In this document: positions 1 through 10,695 of the stretch, piece after piece
How positions within the stretch are numbered: position 1 is the stretch's first letter
How the letters are laid out: each line of letters opens with the position of its first letter
From: Candidatus Bathyarchaeota archaeon
Lineage (GTDB): Archaea > Thermoproteota > Bathyarchaeia > Bathyarchaeales > Bathycorpusculaceae
Length of the DNA: 64,000 bases
Assembly: GCA_963811105.1 (NCBI GenBank)
Contig: CAWEPZ010000011.1
Location: 960,001 to 1,024,000, forward strand
Reading direction: 5' to 3'
Notes under the pieces: model-generated
What the model was told of the DNA's origin: nothing
Database searches by the model: none
Seen by the model: only the letters and a program-made list of their open reading frames with translations
Made by a program: the position numbers and the translations under genes

Positions 1-299
1 AAATACTCTTCTTCCAGAAGTTTAGAGATAAAGAACCGAGCATCAGATAAGGGAAATCTCGCTGGGCTCTGAATAGACCACCGCCAGTATTGACTCGATG
101 CAACAAATCCTTTTGGTCTTTTGAAAGTCGCAGTAAATAGCTTAAAATCGTTTTCATCCAGAACCTCGAAAAATGCCTTGCATATATCCTTCCAATAAGG
201 CGCAAGCTCCGTCCATTTAGTCATTGGAACATTTTTGATCCAGCCTTTACTTATTTGGACTGAGAAAAATTCGTTTTTTTCGTCCACAGACAACGTCAT
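1..299 (-). CDS. Hypothetical protein, partial (runs off the left edge)
   Basis: Manual translation from ATG at 299 gives MTLSVDEKNEFFSVQISKGWIKNVPMTKWTELAPYWKDICKAFFEVLDENDF..., open to position 1. It is not in the ORF track because no stop lies in the window. Confidence 0.6.
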   Translation of the reverse strand, partial: MTLSVDEKNEFFSVQISKGWIKNVPMTKWTELAPYWKDICKAFFEVLDENDFKLFTATFKRPKGFVASSQYWRWSIQSPARFPLSDARFFISKLLEEEY

Positions 300-618
300 A
301 CCCCAACTGAAAATTTACTGTTTGAATTGAACAAACAGCTCGCTAAATCTTTTTCTAAAAGTCAAGAATGCGTCTTCTTTCTTTTAACCTGTTTGCATCA
401 GTATGGTTATTGCGCTACTTATTCAAATTATTGTTACCCAAATTGGATGGCGATGTAGAAGTCAAAATGCTTTGTGTTTAAAGTCAAAAGTAGAAAAAAC
501 GGTCATTTTCCCTAATGGGAAGGAGGAGCAAATTTCAAAAAATCCAAGTTTCTGTCCGATTTTGATTATATTGACTTCCCGAAAGCTGTTTTATGGCAAG
601 TGTTTGGAGAGGTTGCAT

Positions 619-1017
619 TTGTGTGAAAAAGCAATAATCAAGTCAACCAATTGGCATATCACAACCAAATGTAACTATAATTGTAAATTCTGTTTTTCGC
701 GGAGATTGGACAAAGAAATCGAGGATTTGAATTCAGCTAAGGACGTGTTAGACCAACTCAAAAACCTGGGAATTGAGCAAATTACCATTACGGGTGGAGA
801 ACCTTTGCTTCACCCTTTGTTCTTTGACATCGCCAAAATAGCAAAAGATATTGGTTTTGTAGTTTCCATGGTATCAAACGGATCTTACCTAAACGCAAAT
901 GTTGTGTCTAGAATATCCCATTTTCTCGATTGGATTGGCCTTTCCATAGACTCTGCGAATGAAATAATTGAAACGGCGCTTGGCAGGGGTTCATTGGACA
1001 GTCGGAGTAAATTATAA
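619..1017 (+). pseudogene. Viperin (RSAD2)-like radical SAM protein, C-terminally truncated
   Basis: STNWHITTKCNYNCKFCF (CxxxCxxC preceded by N-x-H), TGGEPLL, VSMVSNG and LDWIGLSIDS...LGRG match viperin-family motifs. Similarity stops at LGRG (~990), just before the inverted repeat at 1010. Probable TTG start ~619 after GGAGAGG. Confidence 0.75.
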
Positions 1018-1026
1018 TCGGGTTAT

Positions 1027-1524
1027 TTGTGGGGAAAAAACATTGAATCTCAACAGGTGGAATTAAGCTTAATGGCGAGGGGCAAACCTTGGAGTGTTGA
1101 AGAGGAAACGCAGCTTCGACAGCTCTTAACAGAAAAAAAGTCTATGCGCAGCATTGCAAAGTTTCTGGGAAAAAGCCTCACTTCTGTACAAATGAAAGCA
1201 TCTCGTTTAGGCTTAGAAGATGATGATGGGAGTGAAAAAAACACGTCATCATCATCTACCTTTGATAAGTTAGTTTTGCCCCCTGAGTTGCCTTCAATTG
1301 AGGAAGGACTCAAGACTTTAGCTGGAGCCTTGAAAGTGCTTGAAACGCAGAATTTGGATAAGACGGATGTTTTGCGTTTACGCATCATCATCCAGGGCGT
1401 GAAGGTGTACCAGGAGCTCATAGCGCAATATGTCGATTATCGTGGGTTTGAGGCTGAATTGTTAGAATGGAGGGAGAAGTATGCGGATCTTACAAAAGAA
1501 TCCGCGAACCCTCCGGCCAAATAA
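1027..1524 (+). CDS. Myb/HTH-like DNA-binding protein (MARGKPW family), likely start ATG 1072
   Basis: MARGKPWSVEEETQLRQLL...SIAKFLGKSLTSVQMKASRLGL resembles a Myb/SANT-like helix-turn-helix. Paralogous copies lie at 2640-3053 and ~30870-31100. Confidence 0.7.
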   Translation: MWGKNIESQQVELSLMARGKPWSVEEETQLRQLLTEKKSMRSIAKFLGKSLTSVQMKASRLGLEDDDGSEKNTSSSSTFDKLVLPPELPSIEEGLKTLAGALKVLETQNLDKTDVLRLRIIIQGVKVYQELIAQYVDYRGFEAELLEWREKYADLTKESANPPAK

Positions 1525-1805
1525 ATTCGTTGACACCCGAGCCTTGACCCGAGAGGAGTCTGTTTTGTGTGAGTGTGTTTGTGTGTGAATGTATACTGGG
1601 TTTTCTTTTTTTCTTCTTTCTTCTTTCTTCTTTTCACTCCATACACTCATACTCATATATGCACTCTCCTCCTTTTCAGTTAAAGAAAACTTCGTTTTTT
1701 CAAAATAATAGTATTTGTCTGTGAGCTGTTGATTTGCATTTTTTAGGGTTGGTGAAAAATGAATCTCTTCTTGATACGACAGTATTTACACTCATAACAA
1801 CACAC

Positions 1806-2054
1806 TCATACACTCGAAGGTTTCCTAATCTGGTCTTTCTCATGGTCTATTTCGAATTGATCCGCTTCTACTAGGAGAGCAAGGTACTCCATTATTTTCT
1901 CTCTGGTAAGCCCAGTTTCCAGCTCCTGCTTCGCGACGGTTTTCTTCAGAGAAATATACCCCAAATCTTTGTTTTGATAAAGAGCGGATTGTACATTAGT
2001 TGCAATTTTTGCTATCCGTTCCTTTCTTGCTTCAGCGCCGTCTTTTCTAACCAT
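1806..2054 (-). CDS. Small hypothetical, possible winged-helix protein
   Basis: 82-aa ORF, ETGLTREKIMEYLALL...FEID; 2 nt downstream of the 2057-2335 ORF. Confidence 0.6.
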   Translation of the reverse strand: MVRKDGAEARKERIAKIATNVQSALYQNKDLGYISLKKTVAKQELETGLTREKIMEYLALLVEADQFEIDHEKDQIRKPSSV

Positions 2055-2056
2055 CT

Positions 2057-2335
2057 TCAGGTAGCTCCTTTTCTTGAGAGGCTTGCCTGCAGTTTTTCTT
2101 CTTTTTCGTTTTGTTCTTCCAGCTTTAATTGATTTTCAATGTGGCTGCAGAGAATTTTGAGACTTTTGAGAACAAGATTGAGCTTTGTTTTTGAATAGAT
2201 GACTGCTGTTTTTGTGTCGCAGATTAAGTCGAGCTGTTCTCCTAGTTCTTGTCTTACTTCTTTGGGCAGATAGTATTGTCCTTGAGGGTTTGATTTTATT
2301 TGGAATTTTACCATTTTATACATACTCCTGTACAA
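2057..2335 (-). CDS. AbrB/MazE/SpoVT-like DNA-binding protein (likely start MVKFQIK at 2314)
   Basis: KSNPQGQYYLPKEVRQELG matches the swapped-hairpin signature GQxxIPKxxRxxLG. Confidence 0.7.
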   Translation of the reverse strand: MYRSMYKMVKFQIKSNPQGQYYLPKEVRQELGEQLDLICDTKTAVIYSKTKLNLVLKSLKILCSHIENQLKLEEQNEKEEKLQASLSRKGAT

Positions 2336-2505
2336 AAAATATAATGCCCAGACATTACTCCAAGAAAGATGCCCCAGCTTTGCACCGGAACATCTACAGC
2401 CCCACCGTTCATACTACTTTTTCCAGTAGATGCATCACACCAATCAACTGAAATGAGGTCCCCTGGCTTAACATCCTCCAAAAGCTCAAAGTTTTGCTTA
2501 CTCAA
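2308..2505 (-). pseudogene. Truncated hypothetical protein of the element
   Basis: 65-aa ORF (VKPGDLISVDWCDAS...VPVQSWGIFLG) after a GGGGTTGA RBS-like site. It appears to be an N-terminal fragment. Confidence 0.4.
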
Positions 2506-2639
2506 AAGCAGTCAACCCCAGTACACCACTCCTGTAGGATGCTAACGCCTTTTATGTCTTGAGATTGCATTAAGGATACTAGCGCTAATACACCTACAAA
2601 AAAAAGTCAAAAAAAAGGCCTGAACCTAGTTAACTGAGC

Positions 2640-3053
2640 GATCGATAAGTTGTCAGCTTTTCTGCTTCAGATTCAAGGCCTCGATAATCGATGTAATCAG
2701 CTATGGGTCATGGTATACTTTGACGACCCAGATGATGCCTCGTAAGGGCAAAACATCAGTCTTATCCAAATTTGGCGTTTCAAGGCGCGGTTCAACGCTG
2801 CAACTAAGGTCTTGAGTTCTTCCTCAATTGAAGGCAACTCATCTGGCAAAACTAACTTATCAAAGGTAGTTGTTGATGGCGTGTTTTTTTCACCCTCATC
2901 AACAACTACTAAGCCTAAGCGAAATGCTTTCAACCGTACAGCAATAAGGGTTTTGCCCAGGACCTCTGCAATTGAACGCATAGACTTTTTTTCTGTTAAC
3001 CGTTGTCGAAGTTGACGTTCATCCTCAACTGTCCAAGGTTTGCCCCTCGCCAT
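2640..3053 (-). pseudogene. Frameshifted second copy of the MARGKPW Myb/HTH gene
   Basis: Highly similar to 1072-1524 up to LKTL. Homology (LDKTDVL, IDYRGLE) then continues in shifted frames down to ~2640. Confidence 0.75.
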
Positions 3054-3150
3054 TAAGATCTTGTCCAGCTGCAGACTTCTCAGGCAGTTGCTTTTTCGCT
3101 GATGATTCTGTTACCCGTGGTAAGAATCAATGTTTTTTCCCCACAAATAG

Positions 3151-3178
3151 CCCGATTATAATTCCGGTTATGCCTATC
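3151..3178. other. dif/Xer-like recombination site candidate
   Basis: CCCGATTATAA-TTCCGG-TTATGCCTATC has the 11-6-11 layout with an ATAA-N6-TTAT core and overlaps the right inverted repeat. Confidence 0.4.
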
Positions 3179-3352
3179 AACTGTTGTTGCTTGCGAGATT
3201 AGTCATCTATAACTTACTTACTGTATTAAGATAAGATATTTTTTCACTTTCACAGCTCCCTCTCTCCCCTGCATCCGGTAGTCATTTCTCAGATAGGTTA
3301 AAAGCAGTTTTTAGTCAACTCTTGGTTCCCCAATTAAAGTGAGATGATTGTT

Positions 3353-3469
3353 GTGGGTAAAACTGTTGAGTGTTATAGGATGGCTTTAGAAGGAGAAATT
3401 AGCCGTTGGGACGACTTTGCTAGAGCGTTGCGCATTGAGGATCGCTGCTTCAATCGCACTTTCTTGTAA
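3353..3469 (+). pseudogene. Fragment of a small conserved archaeal hypothetical gene
   Basis: GTG start, MGKTVECYRMALEGEISRWDDFARALRIEDR, then an abrupt stop after 38 aa. Confidence 0.4.
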
Positions 3470-3633
3470 AGGTTATTTGTTATTTCTCTAAAATATTCTG
3501 ATGCTTTGCTTTCATCGCTAAATAGGGTTGAAACTCTGGTTTTTTCTTCGTTTTCAATCTCTTCAATAATGTGTATTCAGGATTCTGATGTGATATATAA
3601 GAAGACTCAATATAATAATGTTATTCCAAAAGT

Positions 3634-6600
3634 TTGAGTCACCATATGGAGAATAATAAATTGTTAAACAAAGCAAGTATTGAAAAAGGAATTCACAACA
3701 GACATCAAAAAACAACAAAGACAGTAAGAGTTGCAGGCATCATTGCTGCTATTCTCTTGTTATCCTGTGTTTTAGCATTATTACCTCAATCAACTCAAGC
3801 ATTAACATTGTCTACAACGATACCTGTTGGAAACGGGGTTGCAGGTATAGCGGTAACACCAAACGGCCAGTACGTCTACTCTACAAATTTATTTGATGGC
3901 ACAGTCTCGGTGATAAGTACTTTATCGAATACCGTAGCCACAACTATAACTGTTGGACAATATCCTATGGGTTTGGCAATAACACCTGACAGCGAATTTG
4001 TTTACGTTGCAAATTACGGCGGAAACACAGTTTCAGTAATTAGTACGGCCACAAATACGGTTAATGCAACAATAACCGGTTTTAATAATCCTACAAATGT
4101 GGCAGTATCGCCCGATGGCGAATTAGTCTACATCACAAATTTATCTGATAATTCGATTTCAGTAATTAGCACAGACAACAACACAATAACAGCCACAATA
4201 ACTGGTTTAAACTCTCCAGGAAGTTTGGCAGTAACACCCGATGGTGAATATCTCTATGTTAAAAGCAGCTTTGAAGGCACCCAGGTTTCAGTGATTAGTA
4301 CAGGCAACAACTCGGTAATAGAAACAATACCCATTGGTGATGGCTATTATTACTATTATTCTTTAGGCGGAAGCAGTGAAATAGCAGTTTCACCTAACGG
4401 CGAATACGTTTATGTTACAAGTATGGACTATGACAGTAATTCGGTTTCAGTGATTAGTACAGGCAACAACTCGGTAATAGAAACAATACCCCTTGGCAGT
4501 GGCTATTATTACTATGAATCTGAAGGCGGATCCGGTGGAATAGCAGTTGCACCCAACGGCGAATACATTTACGTTACACGTAATGACTATGATGGTTATT
4601 CGGTTTCAGTGATTAGCACAAGCAACAATACAGTAATAGAAAGCGTGTCTCTTGGCGAAAGCTATGATCCCTACGGAGGAAGTGGCTGTTTAGCATTAAC
4701 ACCCAACGGTGAATACGTCTATGCTGCAAACGGAGGTTGGTCCTACAGCAACTCTATCTCAGTGATAAGCCTAACTCCATCCTCAACCTACGCAATCACT
4801 GTATCTCAGGGTGATCATGGAACGATTGCTCCATCAACAACCACTGTTAATTATGGTGGTAGTCAAGAATTCACTTTTACTCCAGCGACGGGTTACCACA
4901 TCGTTGCAATCATAGTCAACGGAACCACCGTTGCAACCACAAGTCCATACACTGTTTCCACTGTTACAGGAGCGACCTCACTAACAGCAGAGTTTGCAAT
5001 TAACACCTACGCAATCACTGTATCTCAGGGTGATCATGGAACGATTGCTCCATCAACAACCACTGTTAATTATGGTGGTAGTCAAGAATTCACTTTTACT
5101 CCAACAACAGGCTACCACATCATCGCAGTCATAGTCAACGGAACCACCGCTGCAACCACAAGTCCATACACAGTATCAAATGTAACTGGAGCAACCTCCC
5201 TAACAGCAGAATACACGATTAACACTTACGCAATCACTGTTATCCCAGGGCGATCATGGAACCATTAGTCCATGGAACAACCACAGTTAATTATGGCAGC
5301 AATCAAGAATTCACTTTTACTCCAACAACAGGCTACCACATCATCGCAGTCATAGTCAACGGAACCACCGCTGCAACCACAAGTCCATACACAATATCAA
5401 ACGTAACTGGACCAACCTCACCTAACAGCAGAATACACGATTAACACTTATGCAATCACAGTTTCCCAGGGCGATCATGGAACCATCAGTCCAGGAACAA
5501 CCACAGTCAATTATGGCAGCAATCAAGACTTCACCTTTACTCCAACAACAGGCTACCACATCATCGCAGTCATAGTCAACGGAACCACCGCTGCAACCAC
5601 AAGTCCATACACAATATCAAACGTAACTGGACCAACCTCCCTAACAGCAGAATACACGATTAACACTTATGCAATCACAGTTTCCCAGGGCGATCATGGA
5701 ACCATCAGCTCCAGGAACAACCACAGTCAATTATGGCAGCAATCAAGAACTTCACCTTTACTCCAACAACAGGCTACCACATCATCGCAGTCATAGTCAA
5801 CGGAACCACCGCTGCAACCACAAGTCCATACACAATATCAAACTGTAACTGGACCAACCTCCCTAACAGCAGAATACACGATTAACACTTATGCAATCAC
5901 AGTTTCCCAGGGCGATCATGGAACCATCAGTCCAGGAACAACCACAGTCAACTATGGCAGCAATCAAAACTTCACTTTTACTCCAACAACAGGCTACCAC
6001 ATCATCGCAGTCATAGTCAACGGAACCACCGCTGCAACCACAAGTCCATACACAATATCAAACGTAACTGGACCAACCTCCCTAACAGCAGAATACACGA
6101 TTAACACTTATGCAATCACAGTTTCCCAGGGCGATCATGGAACCATCAGTCCAGGAACAACCACAGTCAACTATGGCAGCAATCAAAACTTCACCTTTAC
6201 TCCAACAACAGGCTACCACATCATCGCAGTCATAGTCAACGGAACCACCGCTGCAACCACAAGTCCATACACAATATCAAACGTAACTGGACCAACCTCC
6301 CTAACAGCAGAATACACGATTAACACTTATGCAATCACAGTTTCCCAGGGCGATCATGGAACCATCAGTCCAGGAACAACCACAGTCAACTATGGCAGCA
6401 ATCAAAACTTCACCTTTACTCCAACAACAGGCTACCACATCATCGCAGTCATAGTCAACGGAACCACCGCTGCAACCACAAGTCCATACACAATATCAAA
6501 CGTAACTGGACCAACCTCCCTAACAGCAGAATACACGATTAACACTTATGCAATCACAGTTTCCCAGGGCGATCATGGAACCATCAGTCCAGGAACAACC

Positions 6601-8688
6601 ACAGTCAACTATGGCAGCAATCAAAACTTCACCTTTACTCCAACAACAGGCTACCACATCATCGCAGTCATAGTCAACGGAACCACCGCTGCAACCACAA
6701 GTCCATACACAATATCAAACGTAACTGGACCAACCTCCCTAACAGCAGAATACACGATTAACACTTATGCAATCACAGTTTCCCAGGGCGATCATGGAAC
6801 CATCAGTCCAGGAACAACCACAGTCAACTATGGCAGCAATCAAAACTTCACCTTTACTCCAACAACAGGCTACCACATCATCGCAGTCATAGTCAACGGA
6901 ACCACCGCTGCAACCACAAGTCCATACACAATATCAAACGTAACTGGACCAACCTCCCTAACAGCAGAATACACGATTAACACTTATGCAATCACTGTTT
7001 CCCAGGGCGATCATGGAACCATCAGTCCAGGAACAACCACAGTCAACTATGGCAGCAATCAAAACTTCACCTTTACTCCAACAACAGGCTACCACATCAT
7101 CGCAGTCATAGTCAACGGAACCACCGCTGCAACCACAAGTCCATACACAATATCAAACGTAACTGGACCAACCTCCCTAACAGCAGAATACACGATTAAC
7201 ACTTATGCAATCACAGTTTCCCAGGGCGATCATGGAACCATCAGTCCAGGAACAACCACAGTCAACTATGGCAGCAATCAAAACTTCACCTTTACTCCAA
7301 CAACAGGCTACCACATCATCGCAGTCATAGTCAACGGAACCACCGCTGCAACCACAAGTCCATACACAATATCAAACGTAACTGGACCAACCTCCCTAAC
7401 AGCAGAATACACGATTAACACTTATGCAATCACAGTTTCCCAGGGCGATCATGGAACCATCAGTCCAGGAACAACCACAGTCAACTATGGCAGCAATCAA
7501 GACTTCACCTTTACTCCAGATACGGGCTATCATTTGGCAGATGTTTTGATGAATGGCACCTCAGCATTGAGCAGCATTGCCGATGGGGCGTTCACCGTTT
7601 CTGACGTGACTGGAACAACCACTCTTACGGCGAGCTATGCAATTGATACTTTCTCAATAACTGTTAGTCAGGGTCCCCATGGAACGATTGCTCCTTCAAC
7701 AACCACTATTAATTACGGCGACAGCCAAACCTTCACTATTACTCCAGCGACCGGCTACCACATTTCCTATTTGACAGTTGACGGATCACCAGTAACGATT
7801 GCTTCATCGTTCACTTTCAGCAACGTTCAGGCTACTCACACGATAACAGCAAGCTTTGCAATAGATACTTTCGTAATTACTGTCACTCAAAACGATAATG
7901 GAACCATTACTCCAACAACAACCACCGTAAACTACGGCAGCAACGAAGAATTCACTATAACACCAAATATGGGTTACCGTATTTCCTCTTTAGTTGTCGA
8001 TGGTTCCGCAGTTCCAGTTGCATCAACGTACACTTTCTCAACCGTACAGGATGACCACTCTATCACTGCGAGCTTTACAACTGACACTTTAACTGCAACA
8101 GTAACCACCACATTCGAAACCTACCCCATAGAAATAAACGGAAACATAACTACAGAACAGTTCTCAAACATGACCATTACCCCATATCAAGCCACTAAAA
8201 CAACCTCAGCAGACTTTACTCTAACTGGACCCAGCGGAACAGAGGGCTTCTGCAACTTAACCATTCCAAATATCGCTATAGCCTTTGGAACAAACCCAGT
8301 TGTTTACATCGACGGCATAGTGGCTGAAAACCAATCATTCACCCAAGACTTCGACAACTATTACATAGCTTTCACAACTCATTTCAGCATCCATCAAATA
8401 GAAATCTTGTTTACAACCGAATCATACCCATATATTCCAATACCAATAACCCATTGGTCCCCAAGCCAAACCTCAAATACCTCGCCAAATCCAACAACAA
8501 AACCTACTCCTACAATTCCTCCTACGTCAACAGCTACACCTAGACCAACTACCAATCCAACCTCGGCTCCAGCAACAATGCTTGCAACAATGGGTCAATA
8601 TGTAATCATCGCAGCAGCCATAGTCATTCTGGGAGCAATCATAATTGGGCTAGTGCAAAGAAGAAAGCGCTCACTAGAGCGCCTTTAA
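3634..8688 (+). CDS. Large cell-surface protein/adhesin: signal peptide, YVTN-type beta-propeller, ~15 tandem 73-aa beta-rich repeats, Pro/Thr stalk, C-terminal TM; interrupted by six 1-nt insertions
   Basis: ORFs 3634-5268 and 7534-8688 are in the same frame and joined by the repeat array. IAVTPNGQYVY-type blades are present and the C-terminus reads YVIIAAAIVILGAIIIGLVQRRKR. Insertions relative to the repeat consensus occur at ~5241, 5273, 5420, 5709, 5748 and 5844. Confidence 0.85.
4786..7519 (+). repeat. Coding tandem repeat, 219-bp unit (73 aa), 12 full near-identical copies plus a partial 13th; two diverged copies follow to ~8085
   Basis: Unit starts at 4786, 5005, 5224, 5446, 5665, 5887, 6106, 6325, 6544, 6763, 6982, 7201 and 7420. 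Unit reads TYAITVSQGDHGTISPGTTTVNYGSNQNFTFTPTTGYHIIAVIVNGTTAATTSPYTISNVTGPTSLTAEYTIN. Confidence 0.95.
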
Positions 8689-9020
8689 AATAGAAAAAGC
8701 AAAAGTCAGCAACAACTCTTTTTATAATTTTCAATTTTTCAAGACAACACTTTGAGATAGCTTACGCGTGCAATAAGGTGTACGACAAAATTGTTAACAA
8801 GCACAATGCAATGCACATTGGAGGTCCCGACTTCCTGGAAAAAATCGTGTTATAATACTCGGAAAACTCGATCTTCAAAGCCTTCCAACATTTATCAATA
8901 ACGATATTCACTGCTGCCTTCTCCAACTCAATTTGGAAAGCGACGCTTAATAAACTTGATTTCGTAATCGTAACATCAGGAAAGAAATTTGCTTATAGTT
9001 TTCTGGTCATATTTTTTATT

Positions 9021-9082
9021 AAAAAAGGGAAGAACGGGTGATGTTACCGTACATCCGAGGTTCAAATTCCAGCGGCACACCA
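9021..9082 (+). repeat. Dispersed palindrome + tRNA T-arm repeat, copy 1
   Basis: AAAAAAGGGAAGAAC-GGGTGATGTTACC-GTACATCCGA-GGTTCAAATTCC-AGCGGCACACCA. Confidence 0.55.
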
Positions 9083-9417
9083 TGATAGTCTAAACCTCTT
9101 TATTCATAGAAAACCAAAATCGGTAAGCTCAAAAGAAAAAGAGATGGAAATGACAACATAAAAGGCGGTTGTACAGCAGCGGTTCCCATGGAACACGCTA
9201 TGAAGAAACAGAATTGTTTTTTGAAAAAAATCGTTGCCAAGGGTTGTGGTTTGAACCCAATTGAGACTGTGTGAAAAGTCTCTTTCTCTGGTAGCTATTT
9301 ACCGTTAACCTTAAATCTAGACTAGCCTTAAAGCAATTGAAAAGCTCTACTGTTATGCTTTAAGTATTTAGGAAGGAGACAAGCGTTCAAAAGAATGAGG
9401 CTCTGGGTTTTTTGTGA

Positions 9418-9476
9418 GGCTGGTGGTATTTGAACAGTCTCCGAGTGGTGACACCACCGGCGATTTTCCCTTTTTT
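9418..9476 (-). repeat. Dispersed palindrome + tRNA T-arm repeat, copy 2 (inverted)
   Basis: Reverse complement reads AAAAAAGGGAAAATCGCC-GGTGGTGTCACC-ACTCGGAGACT-GTTCAAATACC-ACCAGCC. Confidence 0.55.
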
Positions 9477-9630
9477 ACAAAAATTCTTATTTATTAAATA
9501 ATGTAATTATTGTCGAAATAAAGTAACATAGCGCGCGCACACAGAGTTTAAAATCGCGCATTACTCAGTAGATTATTTGTAGGACGCTGAACTAATCTCT
9601 TTAGAGCAAGCACACTTGCCAGCATGAGAT

Positions 9631-10566
9631 ATGAAGGAAGAATTAATGGCTGAAAAAAAGAGTTACTACGAGATACTAGGAATTCCAAAGGGCTCGTCCA
9701 AAGACGTGATAAAAGACGCCTACAGGAAACTAGCCATGCAATATCATCCTGACAGAAACAAGTCTCCGGGAGCTGAAGAGAAGTTCAAAGAGATATCTGA
9801 AGCCTATGCAGTGCTGTCGGATGATGAGAAACGAAAACAGTTTGACAATTTGGGTAGCACTGGATTTGATCAAAGATATAGTCGAGAGGACATTTTCCGA
9901 GGGGCTGACTTTGACTCGATATTTCGCGACATGGGCGTCAGCTCTGGCTTTGGAGATCTTTTTAATGTTTTCTTTGATGGTCAAGACTTTCCAGAAAGAA
10001 AAAGAACTATCCGTGGCAGAGACTTGGGCTACGAAGTTTACATAACCCTTGAGGAAGCAACACGCGGCGTTGAAAAGGAAATTGAGGTCCCAAGAATTGA
10101 GAGATCCCAAAAAGGACTTGTAAAAAGGGAGCGAAAGATTACGGTAAAAATACCAGTTGGCATATCTGAAGGATACCAGCTAAGACTTGAAGGACAAGGA
10201 GACGCAGCCCAGGACGGAGGCCCCTCAGGAGATTTATACATAATGATTCACATGATGCCTCATCAATACTTCAAAAGAGATGGCGACGATCTCGTATACA
10301 ATCTATACATTAGCATCACTCAAGCCACATTAGGCGCGGAAGTCACCATACCGGCAATCGAAGGAAAGGCTGAACTGAAAATTCATCCTGGAACACAGCC
10401 TGGACAGATTCTGAGGGTTACAGGCAGAGGCATGCCGAGAATGGGCGGATATGGCAGAGGTGATCTGCGCGTCCGCGTTAATGTGGTTGTCCCTAAAAAG
10501 ATAACTCAACGTCAAAAGACCCTTCTGGAGGAGCTTGCAAAAGAACTAGACCAAAAATCCCGTTAA
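9631..10566 (+). CDS. dnaJ: DnaJ-class co-chaperone lacking the Cys-rich zinc finger (class II/CbpA-like)
   Basis: J-domain (YYEILG, YHPDRN, AYAVLSD), G/F-rich linker and C-terminal DnaJ_C (GDLY, GTQPG, GRGMP). No CxxCxGxG repeats. Confidence 0.9.
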   Translation: MKEELMAEKKSYYEILGIPKGSSKDVIKDAYRKLAMQYHPDRNKSPGAEEKFKEISEAYAVLSDDEKRKQFDNLGSTGFDQRYSREDIFRGADFDSIFRDMGVSSGFGDLFNVFFDGQDFPERKRTIRGRDLGYEVYITLEEATRGVEKEIEVPRIERSQKGLVKRERKITVKIPVGISEGYQLRLEGQGDAAQDGGPSGDLYIMIHMMPHQYFKRDGDDLVYNLYISITQATLGAEVTIPAIEGKAELKIHPGTQPGQILRVTGRGMPRMGGYGRGDLRVRVNVVVPKKITQRQKTLLEELAKELDQKSR

Positions 10567-10695
10567 AGGTGATTTCATTTTTACGGGTAAATTGAAACGG
10601 GGTCCCCTGTTCACCACAATTTTAGAAGCTCGCGCGAAAATTTTAGAAAAAAGGGAAAACCACAATGCTTCCTTAGCCGTGATTTCTGCGGCTCG

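Larger units (their letters stand above)
1010..3163. mobile_element. Degenerate element remnant bounded by 37-bp inverted repeats, with inverted copies of a Myb/HTH-like gene at both ends
   Basis: 1010-1046 AATTATAATCGGGTTATTTGTGGGGAAAAAACATTGA is the reverse complement of 3127-3163 with 1 mismatch. MARGKPW genes point inward from both ends. Confidence 0.55.

Noticed and set aside
4786-7519. Long regular repeat array as a CRISPR or non-coding satellite
   Set aside because: The unit is 219 bp (a multiple of 3) with no unique spacers, and it translates as an in-frame protein repeat.
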